Source: a virus (taxonomy: Duplodnaviria > Caudoviricetes). From it: DNA of 64,000 nucleotides. Made by a program: the position numbers and the translations under genes. Below are positions 17,865 to 28,129 of this stretch, in pieces; the first letter of the stretch is position 1, and each line of letters starts with the position of its first letter. A model generated the notes under the pieces. It searched no databases. It worked only from the letters and a program-made list of their open reading frames with translations, and had not been told where the DNA came from. The DNA lies in IMG/VR virus record IMGVR_UViG_2854208954_000001, positions 15,498 to 79,497 of that record, one strand, 5' to 3'.

Positions 17865-20146
17865 TGCCGATTTTATACAGAGCAGATGAAACCGAGTTTG
17901 ACACCTACGGAATCGGTATGCTGTCGGACTGCACCTTTTGCGAAGTTACAGAGGAGCGAAACGGTGCGTTTGAATGTGTGATGAAATATCCTCTGCACGG
18001 TGCATTGTTTGATGAGATTAAAAACGACAGGGTTATACTCGTTAAGCCGAATGACACATCAAGGTCACAGCCGTTTCGTATATACAGAATTACAACACCG
18101 ATGAACGGCATCATCACAGTGTATGCACAGCATATGTCATATGATTTGTCGGGCATTGGTGTGCTATGCTTTGAGAGCAAATCGGTTTCGCCACAGCTTG
18201 CACTTGAAAGAATTTTTGCGAATACTTCATCAAAGCACGGCTTTAAATGCAGGACAGACCTTTCAGCACCGAGGGCATTTTCAGTCAGTAAACCTATGAG
18301 TATCAGAGCCTGTCTTGGCGGTACGGAGGGTTCTGTACTTGATGTATGGGGCGGTGAGTATGAATGGGATATGTTCGATGTCATTCTTCACTCAAAGCGT
18401 GGTAAGGATAACGGTGTGGTAATTGAATACGGTAAGAACCTCACCTCACTTGAGCAGGACAATGATTTTTCATCGGTATATACACACCTTTTGCCCTATG
18501 CCGTAATTAAAAACGGAGATACCGAAAGTGTGGTTACTCTGTCGGAAATCACAATTCCTATTGTGGAAACATATGCAAGGGAGAAAACACTCATCAAGGA
18601 TTTTTCGTCCTTCTTTAAGGACGGAGAAACCGTTACCGAGGACACACTTCGAGCAAAGGCGAAGTCATACATCAAACAGAATCCGTTCGGTGACGAAACT
18701 CCCACGGTGAAGGTGTCGTTTGAACCGCTATGGCAACAGCCCGAATATTCGCAGTTTCTCGAAAAGGTGAACCTCTGCGACACAGTGATCGTCAGACACC
18801 CAGATATGAATATTGAGGTAAAGACGAAGGTTATTGAAACCGTATATGACGCACTGGCCGAGAAATATTCATCAATCACACTCGGAACGGCAAAATCAAA
18901 CTTTGTGAATACGGTTGCAGAAATCAAAAGTACAACCGATGAAATCAAAAAGGAAACCGACAGCTTTCCGTTACTTATGAATACTGCTATTAAAAATGCC
19001 ACTTCGCTGATTTCAGGTCAGCAAGGTGGCTTTGTTGTTATGCACACGGATTCTGTTACAGGCAAGCCGTATGAACTTTTGATTCTTGACAACGAAAATC
19101 TGTACGATGCAAGGAATGTGTGGCGGTGGAATGTCAGTGGCTTAGGTTTTTCAAAGAGTGGATACAACGGCCCGTATGAAACTGCGATTACGGCTGACGG
19201 AAAAATCGTGGCTGACTTTATCACAAGCGGAACGCTTATGGCAAATATCATCAAGGCGGGAGTAATCAGTTCGGCTGATAATTCTTCATGGTGGGATTTG
19301 GAAAGCGGAGAGGTACACCTAAGTGCATATACAAAAACAGAGGATACCGACAAACTCAGCGACAGTATTGCTGAAATTACAGAAAGGACATCAACACTTG
19401 AACAGACCGCAGAGGACATTTCATTTAAAATCAATGAGCAGTCCACTGGCGGAAAGAACTATCTTCTTAATTCATCGGCTCTCAACGGACTTTCGGATGA
19501 TTGGGAGTATTCGGGATTGGTCACTGTACTTTCCGATACAGATGTAATCAGTCATACCTCTTCGGGTTCTGCTTTTGTACTCGGTGCGGAAAGCACCTTG
19601 TCGCAAAGTGTGTATAACTCGGTTGCCGACAGATCCTTTGTGCTGTCACTCAGAGCAAAGAAAAGCTATTCACAGCTTAGTGCATATATGTATGTTCAGT
19701 ACAACGGAGTTAAAAGAGAATATCTTTTTAATACAAAGGAGAGCTTTGATTGGACAGATTTTTCCGTTGTACTCCCCGATGTTTCGGACGGTGAAATCAC
19801 GGTATTCATTTACAGCCGTGACACCTCTCTTACGGTAAGTGACCTTATGCTTACTGACGGAAGTATTATCCAACACTGGTCGCCTGCACCGAACGAGATA
19901 TACACAAACGAGGTAAAGATTGACCGCAAAGGCATTGAGGTTTCAAACAGCAAGTCCTCGCAGAAAACAGTAATTACAAACACTGAATTTTCCGGCTACT
20001 ACAACGGTGAAAAGATATTCACCCTAAACAAGGACGAAACTCAGACGAAGAAAACCACAGTTGACGGTGAGCTTACAATCGGCAGAACAAAGCTGATTCC
20101 GATGTCAAACAGTTCACCGGGACTCAACATTGTAATTCTTGATTAG
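17861..20146 (+). CDS. Tail-associated (Tal-like) minor structural protein
   Basis: VTEERNGAFE, QPFRIYRI, GVVIEYGKNL N-terminal domain; C-terminal GGKNYLLNS carbohydrate-binding-like domain. Confidence 0.85.
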   Translation: MMPILYRADETEFDTYGIGMLSDCTFCEVTEERNGAFECVMKYPLHGALFDEIKNDRVILVKPNDTSRSQPFRIYRITTPMNGIITVYAQHMSYDLSGIGVLCFESKSVSPQLALERIFANTSSKHGFKCRTDLSAPRAFSVSKPMSIRACLGGTEGSVLDVWGGEYEWDMFDVILHSKRGKDNGVVIEYGKNLTSLEQDNDFSSVYTHLLPYAVIKNGDTESVVTLSEITIPIVETYAREKTLIKDFSSFFKDGETVTEDTLRAKAKSYIKQNPFGDETPTVKVSFEPLWQQPEYSQFLEKVNLCDTVIVRHPDMNIEVKTKVIETVYDALAEKYSSITLGTAKSNFVNTVAEIKSTTDEIKKETDSFPLLMNTAIKNATSLISGQQGGFVVMHTDSVTGKPYELLILDNENLYDARNVWRWNVSGLGFSKSGYNGPYETAITADGKIVADFITSGTLMANIIKAGVISSADNSSWWDLESGEVHLSAYTKTEDTDKLSDSIAEITERTSTLEQTAEDISFKINEQSTGGKNYLLNSSALNGLSDDWEYSGLVTVLSDTDVISHTSSGSAFVLGAESTLSQSVYNSVADRSFVLSLRAKKSYSQLSAYMYVQYNGVKREYLFNTKESFDWTDFSVVLPDVSDGEITVFIYSRDTSLTVSDLMLTDGSIIQHWSPAPNEIYTNEVKIDRKGIEVSNSKSSQKTVITNTEFSGYYNGEKIFTLNKDETQTKKTTVDGELTIGRTKLIPMSNSSPGLNIVILD

Positions 20147-20154
20147 GAGGCAAT

Positions 20155-21504
20155 ATGGCAAAGACAACGGTTGTCAATAGAATTGACACGATTTACATAG
20201 ATACGGAAAATCCGACCGTATCAGTGAACACAACGGTAAATGACGCAGGTCTTAAACACAGCATTACGATTACCATACGAGGTATTCCGATAACTGGCAT
20301 ATCGGGACTTGCGTGGAACAAGGGGACGGCAAACAGGATTATTCCCATTCCTACGGACAGCAGAACGGGTATTCTCAAGGCAATGTATGAGGACAAAAGC
20401 ATTACGGCAAAGCTAACGGTCACCACATACAAGGGTTCAACCTATGTAGGCATTTCTGAAAGGAATTGTCAGATTACCACCACATCGCACAGCTCAAGGC
20501 CTGTAATTAACGGATTTATCTATCTTGACACCAATTTAAAGACCACTGCCGTTACGGGCAACTCAAAGCTGTTTATTCAGAACTATTCAAATCTCAAGGT
20601 TACTCCGCTTACGGCAAAACCGAGAAATGAATCGAAGATTACAGGCTACACGGTAAGCTGTAACGGTGTGAGCAAATCAAGTACAACTGCAAAGGAATTG
20701 AATCTTGGTACAATCACCAAAAGCGGTGATGTGGTGGTTATGGTCACGGTCACGGACTCAAGAGGTTACACAACGAGCATTAAAAAGACGATTACAGTTA
20801 TTCCGTACAGCAGTCCGAATCTCAGTAAGATTACACTAAGACGAACAAATGAGATTGAGTCGGAAATTCAGCTTATTTTCAACGGCTCATACTCACCAAT
20901 TACAATTGACGGGGTAAATCACAATCAGCTTTTATCCTTTCGCTACCAATACAAGAGGACAAGTGATGCAAACTACGGAAATTTTGTTGACATTTTAAGC
21001 AACCTTAAAATGAACGACACAAGCTATTCGTACTCAAATCTTCAGCTTATGAATCTTGATGTGAATATGTCATATGACTTTCATATTGAAATCCGTGATA
21101 CTATGGAAAAGTCGGTTATTACAGACCTGTACTATTTAATTCCGCAGGGCACTCCGCTTGTTGCATTACGCAAGCAGAAGGTAGACATTAACAATCCAAA
21201 CCCACAATCCGCACTTGATGTGACGGGTGAAATACATATGAACGGCTTTCCTGTTATGGGCATTATACAGACCTCTGTTGAGGACGATGTCAGCCTTAAC
21301 AGTCTTACAACGCAGGGTATTTATTTCAGACGAAGAGTACCGCAGGAGAATATGAACTATCCGGCACTTGTATTCGGTATGCTTGAAGTATTTTCTTGCA
21401 GTACAAATCTTGTGACACAGAGATATACGGCAAGGGACACTCCGTTTGATGTATATATCCGTTCAAAGGTGAATTCAAGCTGGAGCAAGTGGGTTAAAAA
21501 ATAG
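20155..21504 (+). CDS. Minor tail / receptor-binding protein (DUF859-like with C-terminal knob)
   Basis: Ser/Thr-rich beta repeats; C-terminal LNSLTTQGIY..GMLEV..TQRY..YIRS..WSKW. Confidence 0.65.
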   Translation: MAKTTVVNRIDTIYIDTENPTVSVNTTVNDAGLKHSITITIRGIPITGISGLAWNKGTANRIIPIPTDSRTGILKAMYEDKSITAKLTVTTYKGSTYVGISERNCQITTTSHSSRPVINGFIYLDTNLKTTAVTGNSKLFIQNYSNLKVTPLTAKPRNESKITGYTVSCNGVSKSSTTAKELNLGTITKSGDVVVMVTVTDSRGYTTSIKKTITVIPYSSPNLSKITLRRTNEIESEIQLIFNGSYSPITIDGVNHNQLLSFRYQYKRTSDANYGNFVDILSNLKMNDTSYSYSNLQLMNLDVNMSYDFHIEIRDTMEKSVITDLYYLIPQGTPLVALRKQKVDINNPNPQSALDVTGEIHMNGFPVMGIIQTSVEDDVSLNSLTTQGIYFRRRVPQENMNYPALVFGMLEVFSCSTNLVTQRYTARDTPFDVYIRSKVNSSWSKWVKK

Positions 21505-21519
21505 ACACAGGAGGTATTT

Positions 21520-21933
21520 ATGAAACAGATTTGGAACAGCATTCAGACTGCATTCATCGCACTTGGAGGAACACTCGGATGGTTTCTCGGAGGTGCAGAC
21601 GGCTTTCTGTATGCACTCATTGCATTTGTAGTTATCGACTACATTACAGGAATGATGTGTGCCGTTGCCGACAAAAAGCTTTCGAGCAAGGTCGGTTTCA
21701 AGGGCATTTGCAGAAAGGTGATTATCTTTCTGCTTGTGGGAGTGGCGAATCTCCTTGATGTGTACATTATCGGCACGGGCAGTGTGCTGAGAACGGCAGT
21801 GATTTTCTTCTATCTCTCAAATGAGGGCTTGTCACTGCTTGAAAACGGAGCGCATCTGGGACTTCCCATTCCCGAAAAGATTAAAAATGTGCTTGCACAA
21901 TTACACCACAGAAGTGAAAAGGAGGACGACTGA
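21520..21933 (+). CDS. Holin (phage_holin_4_1-like)
   Basis: Three TM segments, DYITG, FYLSNEGLSLLEN. Confidence 0.9.
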   Translation: MKQIWNSIQTAFIALGGTLGWFLGGADGFLYALIAFVVIDYITGMMCAVADKKLSSKVGFKGICRKVIIFLLVGVANLLDVYIIGTGSVLRTAVIFFYLSNEGLSLLENGAHLGLPIPEKIKNVLAQLHHRSEKEDD

Positions 21934-22791
21934 ATGTCATACACAAACAGCAAATTAGTTAGCTACACAAAAATCTCACCAAACAAAAACATCAATCGCA
22001 ATCACAAGATTGATACAATTTCAATCCACTGCGTAGTCGGACAGTGCTCTGTTGAAACACTCGGCTCAATTTTTGCATCTGCAAGCAAAGAGGCAAGCTC
22101 AAACTACGGTATCGGTTATGACGGCAGAATTGGAATGTATGTTGAGGAAAAGGATCGTAGCTGGTGCACCTCATCTGCGTCAAATGACAACAGGGCGATT
22201 ACCATTGAGGTTGCGTCAGATACCTACCACCCATACAGAGTAAATGATGCTGCGTACAAGTCTTTGATTAAACTGCTTGTTGACATCTGCAAGAGAAACG
22301 GCATCAAAAGGCTTGTGTGGTCAACAAACAAGTCAGAGAGAATGAATCACCTTAACGGCTGCAATATGACGGTTCACAGGGATTATGCGAACAAGTCCTG
22401 CCCCGGTGATTATCTCTACAATCTTCACGGACAGATTGCAAAGGAGGTGAACGCTCAGCTTGGCTTAGGCAGTTCAAAACCTGCGACTTCAAAGAAAACT
22501 CTCTATCGTGTACGCAAAAGTTGGAAGGACGCAAAGTCGCAAAAGGGTGCTTTCTATGACCTTTCAAATGCCAAGAAATGTGCCGACAAAAACAGCGGTT
22601 ACTCTGTTTTTAATGAAAGCGGAAAAGTTGTGTACACACTAAAGTCATCGGGCAAAAAGTCAGTTGATGCCATTGCAAGAGAAGTAATTCAGGGCAAATG
22701 GGGCAACGGTGCCGACCGCAAAAACCGCCTCACCAAAGCCGGCTATGACTACAACGCCATTCAGAAAAGAGTAAACGAGATTTTATCTTAA
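21934..22791 (+). CDS. Endolysin: Amidase_2 with C-terminal Cpl-7 (CW_7) repeat
   Basis: ISIHCVVG, ASSNYGIG, HRDYANKSCPG; VDAIAREVIQGKWGNGADR. Confidence 0.9.
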   Translation: MSYTNSKLVSYTKISPNKNINRNHKIDTISIHCVVGQCSVETLGSIFASASKEASSNYGIGYDGRIGMYVEEKDRSWCTSSASNDNRAITIEVASDTYHPYRVNDAAYKSLIKLLVDICKRNGIKRLVWSTNKSERMNHLNGCNMTVHRDYANKSCPGDYLYNLHGQIAKEVNAQLGLGSSKPATSKKTLYRVRKSWKDAKSQKGAFYDLSNAKKCADKNSGYSVFNESGKVVYTLKSSGKKSVDAIAREVIQGKWGNGADRKNRLTKAGYDYNAIQKRVNEILS

Positions 22792-22821
22792 CAGACAATA
22801 GAACAGTATTCTAACAAAGCC

Positions 22822-22864
22822 AAATCCCCATCGAGGAAGTTTTATTCCTTGATGGGGATTTTTT
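22822..22864 (+). terminator. Terminator after lysis genes
   Basis: 17-bp stem AAATCCCCATCGAGGAA/TTCCTTGATGGGGATTT + T run. Confidence 0.85.
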
Positions 22865-22898
22865 GCTTACGAATAAATAATAAAAATAAAAATTTTTC

Positions 22899-22913
22899 AA
22901 AAAGCGTCCTTTT
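22899..22913 (+). repeat. 15-bp direct repeat, copy 1 (AAAAAGCGTCCTTTT)
   Basis: Identical copy at 27397-27411. Confidence 0.8.
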
Positions 22914-22976
22914 AAGCACTCTCCCGTGGCTAACAGACAGAGGGCAACAATGCTCTCGGAAACGGAGGTACAATAT

Positions 22977-23192
22977 ATGAAACACAATCTTCAAATCAGT
23001 GTTTCGGACAAACCACAAAGAAACAGTATGGTATCCTGCAAAAACATCACCTTGCGAGAACGATTTTTGCGAATGCTGTTCGGCAGAAAACAGAAAATCA
23101 CAATCCTTGTTCCAAGTGATTCTATTGAGGAACTCGCCATTACCAAGGTTAAAAAAGGAGGCAGTTATGAACAAAATAACAGCATTACTTGA
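22977..23192 (+). CDS. Hypothetical phage protein
   Basis: GGAGGT SD; MKHNLQISVS...LRERFLRMLFG. Confidence 0.7.
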   Translation: MKHNLQISVSDKPQRNSMVSCKNITLRERFLRMLFGRKQKITILVPSDSIEELAITKVKKGGSYEQNNSIT

Positions 23193-23505
23193 TGCGATTA
23201 CCGAGGTAATCAAAAACATTGGCACACTTACAGAAAGTCTGCAGACTGTTTCAAATCTCTTGAATGAGATAAAGATTACTGAAATTTCGAAGAAGTCAAC
23301 CGTACATACTTCTGAAAGTACAGGAAATTCAAAGGTGTATTCACTTGAAGATGTAAGGGGTGTTCTTGCTAAAAAAAGTCAAAGCGGACTCACTTCTGAG
23401 GTTAGAGAAATCATTGTAAAGTATGGTGGAAACAAACTGTCAGAAATTGACCCCTGTCATTACGAAGAAATCATCAAAGATGCGGAGGCACTTAAGAATG
23501 AGTAA
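23167..23505 (+). CDS. Hypothetical phage protein (often annotated rrp5-like)
   Basis: SLEDVRGVLAKKS...KYGGNKLSEIDP motif; precedes DUF2800. Confidence 0.7.
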   Translation: MNKITALLDAITEVIKNIGTLTESLQTVSNLLNEIKITEISKKSTVHTSESTGNSKVYSLEDVRGVLAKKSQSGLTSEVREIIVKYGGNKLSEIDPCHYEEIIKDAEALKNE

Positions 23506-24628
23506 TCACGCTTTCCTCTCCCCTTCAAGTTCTCACAGATGGCTCAATTGTACACCAAGTGCCGTGCTTGAATCAAAGTTTGAGAACAAATCAACCAAAG
23601 CATCTGAAGAAGGCACAGTCGCCCATGCGTGGTGTGAGCATAAACTGAAAAACATATTATGCAGAAAAAGTGACGAGCCTGTCTCCCCTTACACAAACGA
23701 TGAAATGCAGGAATACACCGACTTATATGTTGATTTTGTACTTGAACAATTCAATCTTGCAAAACAGAAATGTAAAGATCCTTTGATTCTTATTGAACAA
23801 AAGGTTGATTTTTCAGAATATGTACCAAATGGTTTTGGAACAGCCGACTGCATTATTGTTTCTGAAAGCAAAATACATATCATTGATTTCAAATATGGAA
23901 TGGGAGTATTGGTTGATGCCTTTGATAACCCGCAGATGAAATGTTATGCTCTCGGTGCTTTAAAAATCTTTGACCGCCTATATGACATTAAAGATGTGTC
24001 AATGTCAATTTTTCAGCCACGCAGAGATAATGTCAGCACTTGGACTGTTTCTGCTGATGAGCTCAAAGGCTGGGCAGAAAATGTACTAAAGCCAAAAGCA
24101 GAATTAGCTGTTAAAGGTGAAGGTGATTACTGTGTCGGTGATTGGTGTACATTCTGCAAAGCATCAGTAAGATGCAGAGCAAGAGCCGAAAACAATCTGA
24201 AACTTGCACAGGAAGAATTCAGACTTCCCCCACTTCTTACTGATTCTGAAATTGAAAAGATTTTATCTGTTATCCCCAATCTCACGAAGTGGGCAAATGA
24301 AATAATGGCATATGCTACCGAATCAGCTGTCAATCACGGCAAGCATTGGAACGGTTTTAAAATTGTTGAAGGACGGTCTGTACGAAAGTATAAAGATGAA
24401 ACCGCAGTGGCTAAAGCATTGGAAGATGCCGGCTACAAAGACATTTATCGCAAGAGTCTTATCACACTTACAGAAATGCAAAAGCTTTTAGGTAAGCAAA
24501 ATTTCAACGAGATACTTGGAAATCTCATCATTAAACCAAAAGGCAAGCCTGCTCTTGTTCCCGAAACGGACAAAAGAGATGCTATGACAATCACAGATGT
24601 TAAAAACGAATTTAAAACGGAGGACTAA
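23498..24628 (+). CDS. DUF2800 PD-(D/E)XK (Cas4-like) nuclease
   Basis: HAFLSPSSSHRWLNC, FGTADCII, IIDFKYG, WCTFC..CRAR. Confidence 0.9.
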   Translation: MSNHAFLSPSSSHRWLNCTPSAVLESKFENKSTKASEEGTVAHAWCEHKLKNILCRKSDEPVSPYTNDEMQEYTDLYVDFVLEQFNLAKQKCKDPLILIEQKVDFSEYVPNGFGTADCIIVSESKIHIIDFKYGMGVLVDAFDNPQMKCYALGALKIFDRLYDIKDVSMSIFQPRRDNVSTWTVSADELKGWAENVLKPKAELAVKGEGDYCVGDWCTFCKASVRCRARAENNLKLAQEEFRLPPLLTDSEIEKILSVIPNLTKWANEIMAYATESAVNHGKHWNGFKIVEGRSVRKYKDETAVAKALEDAGYKDIYRKSLITLTEMQKLLGKQNFNEILGNLIIKPKGKPALVPETDKRDAMTITDVKNEFKTED

Positions 24629-24633
24629 TTATT

Positions 24634-25182
24634 ATGGCTAATTCAAACAAAACAAAAGTTATCACAGGCAAAAACACAAGACTTTCATATTTTCACGGTT
24701 GGGAACCTGTTTCAATCAACGGCAGTCCTGAAAGATACAGCGTATCCGTACTTATTCCAAAAGATGATACTGAAACCGTTAATGCGATTAACAACGCTGT
24801 AAATACTGCAATTGAAGAAGGTATCGGTAAATTTGGTGGTAAAAAGCCAAACAAAGCATCACTTAAACTTCCTCTTCGTGACGGTGATACCGAGCGTAAT
24901 GATGAGGCTTATGCAGGTCACTGGTTTATCAATGCAAACAGCAGAACCGCTCCACAGATTGTTGATAAGGCTGTAAAACCTATTCTTGACAGAGATGAGG
25001 TGTACAGCGGTTGTTATGCAAGAGTGTCTCTGAATTTTTACGCATTCAATTCAAATGGCAACAAAGGTATTGCCTGTGGTCTTGGCAACATTCAGAAAAT
25101 AAAGGACGGCGAACCGCTTGGTGGCAGAAGTTCGGCTGCTGATGATTTCAGAACAGAAACAGATGATGATTTCTTATCCTAA
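24634..25182 (+). CDS. DUF2815 ssDNA-binding-like protein
   Basis: RLSYFH, PLRDGD, YSGCYARVS, GLGNIQK, acidic tail. Confidence 0.9.
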   Translation: MANSNKTKVITGKNTRLSYFHGWEPVSINGSPERYSVSVLIPKDDTETVNAINNAVNTAIEEGIGKFGGKKPNKASLKLPLRDGDTERNDEAYAGHWFINANSRTAPQIVDKAVKPILDRDEVYSGCYARVSLNFYAFNSNGNKGIACGLGNIQKIKDGEPLGGRSSAADDFRTETDDDFLS

Positions 25183-25202
25183 CATAATATGAGGTAAACG
25201 AT

Positions 25203-25382
25203 ATGAACGAATTTTATGAACTTGCAAAATTGTTTGATGTAGTTGTTATCTTCTGTTTCTTCTTAGGAATAGGTATGTACGGCATCATAAGCACCGTAAC
25301 GGATTTAATTTTCCTTATTCACAAGACTTTTAGAAAGCACAGAATAGCGAGAAGGGCTAAGAAAAACAACTTAGATAATTAA
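25203..25382 (+). CDS. Small single-pass membrane protein, 59 aa (absent from ORF track)
   Basis: GAGGT SD; MNEFYELAKLFDVVVIFCFFLGIGMYGIISTVTDLIFLIHKTFRKHRIARRAKKNNLDN. Confidence 0.6.
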   Translation: MNEFYELAKLFDVVVIFCFFLGIGMYGIISTVTDLIFLIHKTFRKHRIARRAKKNNLDN

Positions 25383-25389
25383 CAATTTT

Positions 25390-25425
25390 GGACGGTGGAG
25401 AGATACTCTCTGCCGTCCGTTTTTT
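25390..25425 (+). terminator. Terminator-like hairpin before polA
   Basis: 13-bp stem GGACGGTGGAGAG/CTCTCTGCCGTCC + T run. Confidence 0.65.
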
Positions 25426-25445
25426 ATATATAAGGAAGTGAAAAC

Positions 25446-27398
25446 ATGAAATCAATCAGTATTGACATAGAAACATATTCAAGTGCTAATCTTCAGAAAT
25501 CCGGTGTTTACCGTTATGCGGAAAGTGATGATTTTGAAATTCTGCTGTTTGGCTATTCTGTTGACGGCAGTGATGTCAAAGTCATTGACTTGTGTATGGG
25601 AGAAAAGATACCCGAGGATATTCTTGATGCACTGACCGATACTTCGGTTATCAAATGGGCATTCAACGCACAATTTGAGAGGGTATGCTTATCAAGGTAT
25701 CTTAAAGATTTAGGTATAGATTTTGACGGCAAATATCTTAACCCGTCATCTTGGCATTGTACTCTTGTCTGGTCGGCAACACTTGGTCTTCCCCTTTCTC
25801 TTGAGGGTGTGGGTGCTGTATTAGGCCTTGAAAATCAAAAGCTGTCAGAGGGTAAAAATCTCATACGATATTTTTGTATTCCCTGTTCCCCTACAAAAAT
25901 CAATAATGGCAGAACAAGAAATATGCCATATCACAATATAGAAAAGTGGAATAATTTCAAAGCATACAATATTCGTGATGTTGAAACTGAGATGAGAATT
26001 CAAAAGAAATTATCAAGATTTCCTGTAAGTGATTCAATATGGAACGAATACCACCTTGACCAAAATATAAATGACCGTGGCATTGGTGTAGATATGTTTT
26101 TAGTTGAAAACGCAATAGTTATTGATGAAATGGTTAAAAAGTCGCTTGTCAATGATATACAATCCCTTACCAATCTTGATAATCCAAATTCCGTTCAGCA
26201 AATGAAAAACTGGCTCTCCGAAAGCGGATTTGAAACCGAAAGTCTTAACAAAACATCAGTTTCAGAAATGCTGAAAACTGCACCGTATCATGTACACAAA
26301 GTGTTATCCCTCAGACAGCAACTAACAAAAAGCAGTGTTAAGAAATACACAGCAATGAAAAATGCCGTTTGTAAAGACAGCCGTGCAAGGGGAATGTTTC
26401 AGTTTTACGGTGCAAACAGAACAGGTCGATTTTCAGGCAGACTTGTGCAATTACAGAATTTACCGCAAAACCATATGAGTGATTTGGCAGATGCACGAAG
26501 TCTTGTAAAATGCGGAAATTATGATGCACTCAGTATTCTTTATGATGATATTCCGGACACACTTTCACAACTTATCCGCACCGCTTTTATTCCACAGCAC
26601 AGTTGCAAATTCATAGTAGCCGATTTTTCTGCTATTGAGGCAAGGGTTCTTGCGTGGCTTGCAGGTGAGAAATGGAGAAACAAAGTTTTTAGTGAGGGCA
26701 AAGATATTTATTGCAGTAGTGCATCACAGATGTTTGGTGTTCCTGTTGAAAAGCATGGAATAAACGGGCATCTGCGACAAAAAGGCAAAATCGCCGAGCT
26801 TGCACTCGGATACGGCGGTTCTGTCGGGGCATTGAAAGCTATGGGTGCTATTCAGATGGGACTTTCAGAGGATGAACTTCAACCTCTAGTGTGTGCGTGG
26901 AGAAACTCTAATCCGTCAATTACTAAACTCTGGTGGGACATTGATAAATGTGTTAAAGAAACTGTTACCAAAAGGATACCGACTGAAACCAACGGCATAT
27001 CTTTTACCTACGAAAGCGGATTTCTGTTCATCACTCTCCCCTCCGGCAGAAGACTTGCATATGTTAAGCCGAGAATCGGAATAAATAAATTTGGCGGTGA
27101 ATCAGTTACCTATGAGGGCATTGGCAGTACGAAGAAATGGGAACGGCTTGAAAGCTACGGCCCTAAGTTCTGTGAAAATATCATTCAAGCCATTGCAAGA
27201 GATATATTATTATACGCAATGCAAACACTAAAAAATTACCGCATAATCGCTCATGTTCATGACGAGGTTATTATTGAATGCCAAAAAGATGTTTCCGTAA
27301 ACACTATCTGCGAACAAATGAGCAGAACTCCGCCTTGGGCAAAAGGTCTTTTACTCCGTGCGGACGGTTATGAATGTCAATTTTATATGAAAGATTAA
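25446..27398 (+). CDS. Phage family A DNA polymerase
   Basis: SIDIETYS exonuclease, ADFSAIEARVLAW (motif A), KIAELALGYGG (B), HVHDEV (C). Confidence 0.95.
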   Translation: MKSISIDIETYSSANLQKSGVYRYAESDDFEILLFGYSVDGSDVKVIDLCMGEKIPEDILDALTDTSVIKWAFNAQFERVCLSRYLKDLGIDFDGKYLNPSSWHCTLVWSATLGLPLSLEGVGAVLGLENQKLSEGKNLIRYFCIPCSPTKINNGRTRNMPYHNIEKWNNFKAYNIRDVETEMRIQKKLSRFPVSDSIWNEYHLDQNINDRGIGVDMFLVENAIVIDEMVKKSLVNDIQSLTNLDNPNSVQQMKNWLSESGFETESLNKTSVSEMLKTAPYHVHKVLSLRQQLTKSSVKKYTAMKNAVCKDSRARGMFQFYGANRTGRFSGRLVQLQNLPQNHMSDLADARSLVKCGNYDALSILYDDIPDTLSQLIRTAFIPQHSCKFIVADFSAIEARVLAWLAGEKWRNKVFSEGKDIYCSSASQMFGVPVEKHGINGHLRQKGKIAELALGYGGSVGALKAMGAIQMGLSEDELQPLVCAWRNSNPSITKLWWDIDKCVKETVTKRIPTETNGISFTYESGFLFITLPSGRRLAYVKPRIGINKFGGESVTYEGIGSTKKWERLESYGPKFCENIIQAIARDILLYAMQTLKNYRIIAHVHDEVIIECQKDVSVNTICEQMSRTPPWAKGLLLRADGYECQFYMKD

Positions 27399-27411
27399 AA
27401 AGCGTCCTTTT
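27397..27411 (+). repeat. 15-bp direct repeat, copy 2
   Basis: Identical to 22899-22913. Confidence 0.8.
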
Positions 27412-27450
27412 TCACCTTCTGCTATGGCTATATGGTAGGAGGTGCTTTTT

Positions 27451-27861
27451 ATGACAGACAATGAGAAAAAGCAAATTGAAAGCTACCGAAAGAACGGTTA
27501 CGGATACAAACAGATTTCAAATCTCACAAACCTATCCGTTAATACAATAAAATCATACTGTAAAAGGAACAAACTGATGAGTGCCGATTTGCAAAGCAAT
27601 GATAACCACACTCTTTGTTGTGAACAATGTGGAAAACCGGTTGAGCAAAACGAGCACCGCAAACGCAAGAGATTTTGTTCAGACGCTTGCAGAAACAAGT
27701 GGTGGAACAATCATCTTGATTTAGTCAAAAGGAAAGCCATTTATGAGCTGACTTGTCATTATTGCAGAAAAACTTTTACAGTTTACGGCAATGCAAAAAG
27801 AAAATTTTGCAATCATAGTTGTTATGTCAAATACAGATACGGAGGAAAACAAAATGGATAA
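27451..27861 (+). CDS. HTH plus Cys-rich zinc-binding protein (sigma70-r4-like annotation)
   Basis: GYGYKQISNLTNLSVNTIKSYCKR; CEQCG, FCSDACR, CHYC, FCNHSCY. Confidence 0.75.
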   Translation: MTDNEKKQIESYRKNGYGYKQISNLTNLSVNTIKSYCKRNKLMSADLQSNDNHTLCCEQCGKPVEQNEHRKRKRFCSDACRNKWWNNHLDLVKRKAIYELTCHYCRKTFTVYGNAKRKFCNHSCYVKYRYGGKQNG

Positions 27862-28048
27862 GCCTACATACGCAGAGCGTTACACCCTAACTGTCAAAGA
27901 AGCGGGATTATATTTTAACATTGGCATTAAAAAAATGAGAAAACTTGCCAAGGATAATCTCGGAATTTTTTCAGTTTTGAGCGGTAATCGCTATTTGATT
28001 ATACGAACAAAATTTGAGGAATATCTGTGCAATAATTCTACGATATAG
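27854..28048 (+). CDS. xis: Excisionase, Tn916 family
   Basis: YTLTVKEAGLYFNIGIKKMR...GNRYLIIRTKFEEYL. Confidence 0.85.
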   Translation: MDKPTYAERYTLTVKEAGLYFNIGIKKMRKLAKDNLGIFSVLSGNRYLIIRTKFEEYLCNNSTI

Positions 28049-28129
28049 TTTCCTTTTATCTGCTGAAAGTAGTTGCTATTCTGAGAGTTTTACGGCAATA
28101 TATGAGTACCAAACGAGGAGGTAAAAAAT

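Noticed and set aside
20155-21504. Diversity-generating retroelement targeting tail fibre genes (also 60355-61419)
   Set aside because: No reverse transcriptase in the window, and I saw no TR/VR repeat pair differing at adenines.
23498-24628. Cas4-like nuclease as part of a CRISPR-Cas locus
   Set aside because: No repeat-spacer array or other cas genes seen; the DUF2800-DUF2815-PolA context is a standard phage replication module.
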